Source: Intoshia linei (lineage: Eukaryota; Animalia; Orthonectida). From it: a stretch of 33,522 nucleotides of DNA. The translations under genes and the position numbers were made by a program. Positions 9,301-18,946 of this stretch are shown in pieces; the stretch's first letter is position 1, and the number at the start of each line of letters is the position of its first letter. The DNA lies in contig LWCA01000291.1 in NCBI GenBank assembly GCA_001642005.1, forward strand, positions 1-33,522, given 5' to 3'. The notes under the pieces are model-generated. The model did not search any database and was not told the origin of the DNA. It saw nothing but the letters and a program-made list of their open reading frames with translations.

Positions 9301-12300
9301 TTGCTTCTAGCCCCTATAGAGGAGTCTCGGTACGGTAGGATCGGCACTGCACACATCATCAATAAATACTCAATTATAATTGAGTATTATATAACCCTTT
9401 GGAAGGTTTCAATTTGATAAATTTCATACCTGGCAATATTGAAAGAAGCCTTTCTATCATTAGAATAAACAAAAATATAGCTATCAAAATGTTTTTCATC
9501 ATTGCACAATTCATGAACTGAAGTAGCAACAAATTCAATATTTAATAATTCTCCGTCATATTGATACAAAACAGTGAGTCCCTTATTGTTTGTTTTAACA
9601 TAACCCAATTCAAACATTGGGAGAAGAACTACTTCGGAAGAAAAATTTTCATTGCACATGTAGCAAACACAAATATTTAGGGTCATATTGGGAATAGCTG
9701 TCGACAAGTAATAGCGATCCGTGTTTATCAATTCAGTCACAATAGACAATTTTCCTTCTACAGTTTCAATATCATTAAGACTTTTTTGGATAATACAACA
9801 ATCAAATCTAAAAATTATATAATTATCCTTACTTATATAATTCGCCAGTATAAATAAATTAAGTTAAAAATGTGTCAGTTTATTTATTTGTCTGTTAGCA
9901 TTTATTTAAGAAAGTAATAAGCGTAGATTTTAAGAATATACACATCTAATACAGATTTTCAAGTTTGATGTTTTATCTCATATTTTATTTTCAGAAATTA
10001 AATCCTTCAATGTCAAAAACCAAAATTATCCTTTTTTTTAAAAATTCCAACGAGTCCTAGAATTATAAAAATACACAATCTGATAAAGTTTTTAAAACCA
10101 TCATGATTATGATACATTTAATTTTAAAAATCTTATATTCACAGAAAAAATACCAAGTTACCTTTTTTTTAAAAATGAAAAGTCCTAGAATTTTATACAA
10201 CACAAATTGTAGGATAGATTTTAAAATCAAACATTATCATAAATCGTAAATTGGTGTTTACATTTTATTTTTTCTGGAATTTAAGCTATTATTATTTATG
10301 ACAATTTTTACGTTGTACTGTTTTTATTTTATTTAAGATAATACTCATTCACTCTATTAAATTAAAAAAATGGGATGATAAAATTCTTTACACAAATTTT
10401 AACAAAATAAAATTAAGTGGGAATAATTAACTTTAAATTAAAAGGTAATGTAAATAATGGGTCCATGATGAAAAAATTTTGGTAACCGCTCCTTTAAATG
10501 ATTGAAAATAGTGAATAGTATCATTTTAAGTAAGATTTTATTATTGAGTTTATTTTTTGTATAATTAAATAATAAATAAGTCCGCCCTCGACAAAGCTAG
10601 GTGATGTTTGTACCAAGTACATAACAGTCAACCTAGTAAATATATAAACCAATCTTTATAATTTTTTACTTTTCAGCCAAATTTGTGCCCTTGTCCAGTA
10701 AACAACATTCAAAAGTATTTAAACTTGATACTGAAATGGAATTTACAGATTTTTCGTCACTTGATAAACGATCTCGACTATCTCTTTTTTTACTAGAAAA
10801 AATTGTTGTTCCCTTATCTTGATTAAAATAATTCACAACCAATTGAGAAGACACCACCGAAGTGTCATTAGATGAGTTAGGGGTATATTCACTTTGTACA
10901 TAAACAATTAATTTGTGCAAAAATTTAGATATGAAACAGGATGTATCACGACTCAATAAAAACAATTTTGTACTGACATTGCGCAGTGATATTTCATCAT
11001 TGTAAAAAAATATAGCACCTAAAATAAATTATAATATAAAGTAACATGCAATTAATTAATGTAATCTCCTCTTTAAAGTTTTTTATTTTTTTCAGGCTAT
11101 TCTAGAGTCTAGACCAGGGTGCACAACCTTTTGAACAGTTCAGCCGCAAAGCTACTTTACTCCTTAATATTACGGCCACACAAAATGTAATTTGACATTG
11201 TTTAAATCCATTTTGAGAAAGTGGGCAAAGTCAAAAATTTCTCACGCCGCACATAAACGCTCTCACGGCCGCAGGTTGTATATTCCTGGTCTAGAGTCTA
11301 GATTATGTTAACACAATTAGTTTGGTAACATCTTTGGATCCCTACTGAAATTCAAAATTTTAAACTGTCGTGAGTCACCATCTGTAGTTATATTTTAAAA
11401 AAATGTTAAAACGAAAAAATGGAGTTGCAAATGAGCTTGAGTAAAACAATCCACACTTAAACTTACCACTAGGAGAAAATATTTTGATGTTATCATCAAT
11501 CGGTGTGATGATGTGACACAGTACATCTGTTGTTTTGTTTGAAACGTTTTTTATTAAGCAAGGTTTTTCTTTAAACTAAAATACATAGTTTAATTATATA
11601 TTAATTATAACTAAAAATATATTTTGAGTTAACAATAAATTAACAAATTAATATACATATATAAGGGTGTCCCCAATTACAACATCTAAAAGTATATTTC
11701 AGTATCGTAATTATTGGTGATTTTAAGTGAGTATATCGAATATTAACGCTCAATTTTGCAATTTAACTGGGCGACGAAGGTTCACTTTTTTTAAGAAAAT
11801 TTTGTGAAAAGAAGTTTATTTTTTTAACTAAATGGCAGATATACAAGCGTGCTCTAAGTATATTATAAAAAGGCTTGTATTTATAGCGTCTGTATTTTAA
11901 ATAGTTTGTCAGTAAAAATATTAAATTGTCAGTATTTTAGGTGCCAGTATAAATAATTTATTTCAGTATTTAAATTGGAAGGGCAGTAAAAAAAATTATT
12001 TTGTAAGTACTTTAAATAAACAATCAGTATATCCTTGACTATACAGTATACACTGAAAAATATGTAATCGAACACTGACAAAATAATTTTATTACTGACA
12101 TTTTAATATTTATACTGACAATTTTTGTCGAAAATACTGAAAATCTTTTATTAAAATACTGACAAATAAAATACTTCCCATTAAAAAAATGGTAGAATAT
12201 AAATATTTTTTAAATTTTAAACATTAATATTTTTGTTCGTAAATATTTTATTTTACCTTATATTACCTTACCTTACCCATCTGTTTCTTAATTTTTTCCT

Positions 12301-15300
12301 AAAGTTTTTTACTGAGTAGATAGGTGAATATGTAATCTAATATTATGTCTTTGTTTTAAATATAAAGTCACTATATTAAATTTATTTTTGCATTTCATAT
12401 GGGTGCTTTTAAAAGTTTATTTTTTATATACATTTATTTTGTATAATTATATTTTAAATATTATAATATTGGATTCAATTCATTGTTTTACACCAACGAT
12501 GAGCAAAATTATTAAAGATATGTACCATTATTTAATTGAAAATTTTCGGTTTATTAATTAAGGGTTTAGTAAAAATAATTTTTAAAAGCATTTATCATTG
12601 GATTATGCAGAAACAAGAAAAATAAAGAATGTGACTTTATTGCTAATTATTGGGATATGTAGATAAAATTCTATTCCTAATTGGTACATCATGTCCGACT
12701 TTCCTAAAAAAATATAAACGTGCTTATAAATGCTTACATCGTCATTGGAACAAAACCACGAAAAAAATAAATTATACTAATCAACTAAGTGAAAGCCCAT
12801 TGGCAAGAGTTACTGAACTAATAGATTATGCCAAAAATGACGAAAAATTTGAAAAGAGTATTACAGAAATTAAGTCTATTTAATATAAAATATTAAAAAT
12901 AACAAATTTTCTCTTTTTCATAAATATAGATCTTTGATAACAATAACGATTTTAATATAAATCTACATCTCTATTTACTGAAATTAAGGGTTATAATCAT
13001 TTTTTCTTGTAACTTGTTGAAATATCATTGATTTTCTTATAAAATGATATTCTATTAGTGTATTAATGTATATATATAGTGTATAATGATGATATTATAT
13101 AATACTTATTTATAATATACATAAAATATATTATATATTATATTTTATAATATTAAATATTTTTATAAAATGCAAAAATAAATTTAATTAAGTGACTTTA
13201 TATTTAAAACAAAGAATTATGCTATTCAATAAATTTTCCTAAAAAAAGTGAACCTTCGCGCCAATTAAATTGCAAAATTGTGCACTAATATACTTACTTA
13301 TATAATATGCTATGCAATATTTTTTGTGTGTGTGTTATCGTTTATTTCAATAACTACCAGTCTTAGAATTTTATAAAGTCTACATTTCAATTAGTTTTTC
13401 CGGGGTGTTTTCAAAATAAATTTCAACCTCCCAAGCTCACATCTTACAGGTCACAAACCCCAATTGTCCTTTTTTTTAAAATCAAACGAGTTCGAAAATT
13501 TAAAAAAATATATCTTCAGGGCTAAAACCCCAAATAACCCTAGAATTTAAAAAATTTACAGGTGGTACAGTTGTATTCTGTTAACACACACAAAAAATTT
13601 CAATCTGAATAAGTAACGCCTTCACGGTCAAAAAAACATTTTAATATTCATATATTTTTTATCCGAAATATTTTATTAAAACATAAAATGTGAAATAATT
13701 AACTGTCCGAAAATTAAAAAAAAAGAAAGAATATTCTGATAGAGCGTATTCCATTTGATATAAATACAAAATTTCAACCCCATAAATGTACGCATTCCCG
13801 GTGAAAAATAATTTTATATATATATGAAATATTATTTACTATGAAATGTTAATATATATTTTTTAATTACACAATTTCTTTTGATATATGTGGTTGTCAA
13901 CTTTTTAGAACCATAAAGAACGGTATTATAAATTGGTTTATAACGTTCATTTTCTTTGCATCTAAATACATTTTAATATACAGACCTAGTGGATCCAATT
14001 TATGGAATGTCGAATTAGGAAATTCTTTTAACTTCTAGTAAATAATAATGAGCCACATTCATTGGTTACCACTTCAAAAAACAATTTTTTGTAATAAAAA
14101 TGATGATAGCATTGGATCGATTAAAGAATTCAAGAAATTATTAATATAAATAAAAAATTTTGATATAAAAAAAAATCGGCGAATACCTAAATTTATTAGT
14201 TTTTTGTCAAGATATAGAAAATAATATTACAATTTTATAATATAAAAATTACTTTTTTTTTGATAAAGAGGCCAGCATATTCGATCGAGTATTTTCAAAG
14301 CACATGTTTTTATACATACATTCGTTAGACGTAAAGAATTTACAAAAAAGAGAAAAAGATTGACCAAATACTTCTTGGTCGATATTGATTCTAATGTAAT
14401 TACGTTAATTAATGTAATAAATGTAAAATTTAAAAAGTAAAAATAGTTTTAAAATGGAGTAATATAAAATTATATATTACGTATTCTAATACGGTTGATG
14501 TCAATATTTTTGATGATTTTCGAAATATTTCGAGTAAGGTGTAATTTTACTGTTTTATGTTTGATAGAAAATGCACAGTGTGCACAAGTGAATTTTATTT
14601 ATTATTACTAATTTATTCATTTTTCACATTCTTGATAGATATATTATATATTTACATAATAAAAAATACAATTAAAAAAATGTAAATTTATGTTACATCT
14701 AATTTACTTTGATAAAATGCATGAACCAATACCAACATCAAATCTAACCCACAGAATTAAGATTACTGATCACTAAGTAGTACTTTCTAAGCAGAACCGA
14801 ACCTACTAACCTCGAGGTCACCAGAAAACAAAAAATAGGCCAAAATATTTTTGAGAAACGATGTGGTTTTATATGACCCCTAGCCACATATCCAAGGTTC
14901 TTGACTTGATATAGTAAATTTAATACACAAAATAGTTGATATTCAAGAATAAATTGTTTTAATATTCATTTTGGAAAAATGAGGGACGAAATTTTACCTT
15001 TTTAACAATTTTTAAGATTTTTTTTAAAAAAATAAAAATTCATTTCAAAAAATCAATTAAATTTTCCGAATATTGGTTTACTTTTATAAAAATATTTATC
15101 TTCGTCTCCTTTTTCAATTGAAAGCTAAAAAATGTTCAACCTTGAAGGTTCTATCTATTCTCCAAAACGAAATAGAATGATTGGTACAACTGGTGAAAAG
15201 CTAATGTTTTTATATTATAATTTAAAAAATTTTTATTCCGATAATAATTAAAATATATTTTTATCCTAACTTATATAATATGCTACGCAATTTTTGTTTG

Positions 15301-18300
15301 TGTGTGTGTTCCACTTTATTGAAATAACTACGATTATTAGAATTTTATAAAGTCCACATTTCAATTACAGTTTTTTCCGGGACGTATAATATGATTTAAC
15401 GTGAATTTATCGAAAAAAATAAAAGACATTAAAAACAATATCAAACTTAGAAAAAATGTTTGATTTGATAGTGTAATTGTATGGAGTTATTTTTCGTACT
15501 AAGGGGTTGGAAATTTACAAATTGTTGATAAAAACCAATAAATTCAATTGAACAGGTTAACATTCTCAGTATTAATCTCCAAAGTTCCTCTAAATAATTA
15601 ACTTATCTGACTATGTATTCCAACAAGACGGTGCTTCCTGTCATACAAACAGATTTTGGAAGAAATATTTCCTAAATAATAATATAGAAGTAATGACATG
15701 GCCAGCTCAAAGTCCTGATCCTAACCCAATTGAAACGTTATGGGCAATATTGAAGAGCATTCAGGAAAGGGGTCCTATAAATAAATTTTCATGGAAGAAT
15801 GAAAGTTAATACCTCAAGAAATTACCCAAAATCCTGATTTAAGTATGTTCAAGTGTTCTAGAGATGCTTTTAGAGCAAATGGAGAAAATCAAATCATTAA
15901 ATCATTAACTAAACTTTTCTAACTCAACTTTCACTTTTTTTTCACCATTCCCACAATGTTTTTCATAATTCAAAAATTAACTGTTAACTCAATGTTAAAA
16001 ATAAATGTGACATATAGGGTAAACTTTTTAGCAGTTACATGATGTGTCATCTGTATTATAATACACATGATACTTGATAATTATCAATTAAAATCTTCAT
16101 TAAACAACTTTCATTCATATACTTTCACTATTTTTTGTCGATAACTGTATTACAGTTCGCGACAACGTAAAGGATTCTCATGTGTTAAACCCAATATTAA
16201 GAAAATCTGTAAGAATCGTCAGGTTCAGTGATATCTTTGATTCAATAAAATAAATATTATTAATTCGATATTGGAAGATAAAAGCTTTCAATTTATAATT
16301 TATTAGAACATTATATCTTTTAAAAATTAAAATTAAAATTAAAAAAAATGCCTACGGCAGAGCTAGCTGCCGTTTACATTAAATACATAACAGTCCAGCT
16401 AGTTATTACTATCAATATGTCAAATGTGATCAATCTTAAATTTTGATAATTATAATAAAGCACAATGTATGCCAGTTCAATGAAATGTTCAGGGTGCCAG
16501 TTAAAATTAGTTTCGACTGTAAAAAAAATTGGAAAGTTCTAATCTAAACAGTACTTTTCAGTAAAGATTTCTATATACTGCATATTATAAATTAAAACAA
16601 ATAATATCAATTACTGAGTACATAACTCATAACTATGTACAAACAGGTACTTTTTACAAAGTAGAACAATATTGCAACAACCCTGAAAATTAATGAAACA
16701 TCACTAAATATACACAAAACTACAGGTTGAAAAAAAGAACAATAGATTAATCTTTACAAAAGTCAAAAACTCAAGTTATCATTGATTATTAACAAGGTAG
16801 CTAATTGATTCATATACCAAACCAATCAATGTATGCATAGCATCAACCCCTAAAAATCTAAAAAAAATTACCGATCTTTGTTTTTAGAAAAAATAACATC
16901 TTTGGCCACAGAAAAACTGTCTCTTTTATCATTGAGAATATAAATAATGTCATCAAAAAAACATTCATTAACTGTAAGAATAATTCCATTTGTTTGATCA
17001 AAATATTTATCCTGCATAACCTTTGGCTTAAACGGAGGTCGTTTAATATTGACAGAAATTGGTTTATTGCAATATTTATAATTGTATTGACTGGAAACTG
17101 GACTGGTTTTTAAATTGAATTTAATAATAGTTGCATTATTTTTAAAAAGTTTATCTTGACGCATTCTATCATAGCAAATATTGAGTGTAGACAAGAATAA
17201 TAACCGCGCTGGTTCGGTTCCAATACAAGATATAAATTTTCTAAAGTCAGATTGACCAGAATAAATGGATTTGAAAGCTTGCCAGGAAAGTTTAACGGTT
17301 GACGAGTTTGTTTTTTGGTTTTGACTGTTTTTTATATTCTTAATCATATTTAGTTTGAGAAATAGAATATAGTTTGATCTGATGTTATTACTAGAACGGA
17401 TACGACGAGTGAGATTGTCTGCGTAAGAGTACACAGACAAACCTGAACCAATAGTTTCTTTCATCATGGTATGTAAATTGACGTCAAGATATGAACCGAC
17501 ACGGATTAAGCATTCTTTAATATTGATGTTGAGATGAGAGGAACAGTCAATGGTAGATTCCAGCATTTCAGTGATTTGAGGATGATATTTAGTATTCTGG
17601 AAGTTGGCATTTTTCATTTTATTGTTGATATTTTGGGCAATAGTTTTAAACAAGTTTTTGTATTCTAAAAAGGAAAGCTGGTGTTTCCGTTTATTTCGGT
17701 AATAATTGTTGAGGTAACTGGCGGAATTGCTGTTTTGATAAAATTGTTCTCGGTTGGTTACTTTGTAGTTTGAATCATTTTGATATGGTCTATCATTAGC
17801 AATCATGTCTCGCTTGGTTCCAACCAGAACAAACGGTTTTTTAGTTTCAATGACTTTGTCAATTATTTTTGCTAAAAGAAGACGCTGTTTGTCGTTTTCA
17901 CTGAGAACAGATTGTGAAATGTCATAGAGAATAAAAAAAGCATCCACTTGTAGTCCATCCAATGGAAAGTGTGCTGCCGGGTAATTTTGAGGGTGTGAAA
18001 TTTGATTCCGATTAATATATTGTATTTTTTCAGGTGAATAGAGTAAAATTTGAGTAGAAAACGTCGGATAATCCGTAAGTGGTATCTGCGGAGGAGGAGG
18101 TCTTTGAGGTTTTTCTAGTTTTTGTAATCTATCCGTCCTTTCATATCTATCAGGCTTGTTCGTTTTTCCCTTTTTTGTATACGTGGAATATTTCTCATTC
18201 CTCTTTAAATTAAAACAATAATCATTTTGTTCAATCACATAAACTCTATAATTGTCTGTAAATGTGGTACATGGGGTACAAACACCCCAATACAAGAAAG

Positions 18301-18946
18301 TATCGTCGTTTGTTATCCTTTCTCTCTCATAATCCTCATAACCCTGATTAATATTGTAAACCTTGTTATAATTAGATTCAATATTTGTGTATAAAATTTT
18401 TGATATTTTATCCTTTTCTAAATCCATCGTTGAATACGTCAAAGCCCTCGATCTGACATCATCATTAACATCTAATTTAACTTGATTATTCTTGACATGA
18501 TCATTACTTTCACTTTTTGTTAAATGATATTTTTTTGGTTCTAATCCCGAGTGCACGTCGTTCTCTTTTTCGTTAAAAGTTTTTGAATATAATGGAGAAT
18601 ATTTTGTTGAAACTGTATTAATCGTAAAATTAGAATTTGATGGAGCCAAACTGGTATTATCCACAAAAACTGAATGTTTATGTGACGATGATGAATTAGA
18701 AGATTTAGAATATAAAAGACTATTTAATCGATTTTTAAATAATTCCTCTACATCATGTCGAATGTAGTAATGGTCTGCCTCATTTGACACTAACCGATTA
18801 CTGAAGCACGATTTTCCAGAGTTTGGTGGACCAACTACACATATTGTCAACTCCCGCTGTCCAGTTCGAAAATTTGAATTACTAGTTGATTTACGCTTTG
18901 TATTCACAAAAGTAACTTGGTTTAAAGATTTTTTATCACGTTTCAT
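3355..18946 (-). CDS. ARHGAP35: p190RhoGAP (ARHGAP35/ARHGAP5 family), 16 coding exons: 18946-16872, 13961-13871, 11575-11467, 11018-10670, 9807-9430, 8858-8689, 8650-8544, 8505-8370, 8327-8302, 8265-8230, 8184-7951, 7869-7696, 7659-7416, 7376-7248, 3657-3561, 3523-3355; about 1507 aa
   Basis: All 15 GT-AG introns are phase-compatible (4524 nt CDS). p190 motifs appear in order: GKSCFSNRLV..AD.Y...H; NDDTFLYWG (cf. NNDHFLYWG); PEKIQYI...Q (cf. AEKLMYF..DQ); VDAFFILYDIS; TKKPFVLVGTKRD (G4); FF-like W...DFRKFISCIGTEPARLLF; pG1 GAIFFYNDEISL; pG2 LNICVCYMCNENFSSEVVL (cf. LRIVMCLMCGDPFSADDIL) and SYIFVYSNDRKASF; RhoGAP PSIIQKCVEYIENNGILFEGIYRVSG with intact arginine finger; NKMTSQNFGICMWPTVFRP. The symbol denotes the family (single invertebrate ortholog of ARHGAP35/5). 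Confidence 0.92.
4327..5260 (+). repeat. Internal modules of the Helitron-associated repeat family
   Basis: Shares blocks with 13291-13830, 19640-20230 and 20412-20800, e.g. ACACACAAAAAATTTCAATCTGA...GTGACGCCTTCACGGTCAAAA, AGCCTAGAATTT and TATTCCAGTTGATATAGATACAAAATTTCAACC. No clear termini. Confidence 0.7.
5769..6564 (-). mobile_element. Internally deleted hAT (Buster/Charlie type) DNA transposon
   Basis: TIRs CAGAGTTTCTCAACC / GGTTAAGAAACCCTG; 8-bp TSD ACTAAGAC / ACTTAGAC. The ORF 6418-6176 RKWNNEYVKYGFT...RAQCMNCHFIMCNSNFKP..LKR...HP resembles the BED-finger N-terminus of Charlie/Buster transposases, joined to a C-terminal remnant (HDM...RYDRLVYYKQQQNS) near 6080-6170. Confidence 0.88.
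9147..9360 (-). ncRNA. Candidate structured intronic RNA, family unknown
   Basis: GC-richer island in p190 intron 5. Long imperfect closing stem (CCUACC/GGUAGG, CGAGAC/GUCUCG, AUGAU/GUCAU) whose transition mismatches are mostly G-U on the minus strand; internal helices UAUAG/CUAUA, CUAGA/UCUAG, ACCCU/AGGGU, AAUUCG/CGAAUU. Confidence 0.35.
9826..10636 (+). mobile_element. Complete non-autonomous Helitron (811 bp) in p190 intron 4
   Basis: Starts A|TCCTTACTTATATAA, ends with hairpin (TGTTTGTAC-CAA-GTACATAACA) plus TCAACCTAG|T. AT target with no TSD, as expected for a rolling-circle element. Confidence 0.85.
11115..11288. mobile_element. hAT MITE (174 bp)
   Basis: Ends CAGGGTGCACAACC / GGTTGTATATTCCTG; TSD GTCTAGAC / GTCTAGAG; internal GCCGC/GGCCGC subterminal motifs. 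Confidence 0.75.
11741..13290. mobile_element. Long-TIR foldback (Mutator-like?) element with a nested insertion in its left arm
   Basis: 11751-11803 CAATTTTGCAATTTAACTGGGCGACGAAGGTTCACTTTTTTTAAGAAAATTT is an inverted copy of 13231-13280. 12347-12395 (TCTTTGTTTTAAATATAAAGTCAC...ATTAAATTTATTTTTGCATTT) is an inverted copy of 13167-13216. Degenerate coding remnant at 12480-12883. Confidence 0.65.
11890..12175. repeat. Foldback array of phased (TG)TCAGTA motifs
   Basis: About 7 CAGTA motifs on + (11909-12047), then 6 on - (ACTGA at about 12052, 12074, 12094, 12114, 12136, 12158). Confidence 0.7.
13291..13830 (+). mobile_element. Helitron 5' part (truncated)
   Basis: CTTACTTATATAATATGCTATGCAATATTTTTTGTGTGTGTG...TTAGAATTTTATAAAGTC matches the 5' ends at 15264, 20413 and 26148. 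Confidence 0.75.
15473..15900 (+). pseudogene. Tc1 (DD34E) transposase C-terminal remnant
   Basis: VIVWSYFSY*GVGNLQIVD and YVFQQDGASCHTNRFWKKYFLNNNIEVMTWPAQSPDPNPIETLWAILK, with exactly 34 residues between D and E; in-frame stop present. Probable right terminus ...GTCGATAACTG|TA near 16147. Confidence 0.9.
16172..16240 (+). pseudogene. hAT (Charlie/Buster) transposase extreme C-terminal remnant
   Basis: Translates GFSCVKPNIKKICKNRQVQ*, resembling the LSxIxPxIxxLxxxKQxQxSH tail of Buster-type transposases. Confidence 0.5.

Larger units (their letters stand above)
15264..16402 (+). mobile_element. Complete non-autonomous Helitron (1139 bp) carrying Tc1 and hAT fragments
   Basis: A|TCCTAACTTATATAA start; GCCTACGGCAGAGCTAG...TACATAACAGTCCAGCTAG|T end; cargo between about 15400 and 16240. 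Confidence 0.8.

Noticed and set aside
9211-9417. 68-aa plus-strand ORF over the structured element
   Set aside because: Starts at TTG, has no recognisable motif, and is better explained by locally higher GC giving fewer stops.
11890-12175. CRISPR-like repeat-spacer appearance
   Set aside because: Repeats are only 5-8 bp, orientation flips mid-array, the context is eukaryotic and there are no cas genes.
16868-18946. Treating the 692-aa ORF as a stand-alone GTPase gene
   Set aside because: It ends at a donor (CG|gtaatt) that splices in phase to downstream pG1, pG2 and RhoGAP exons.
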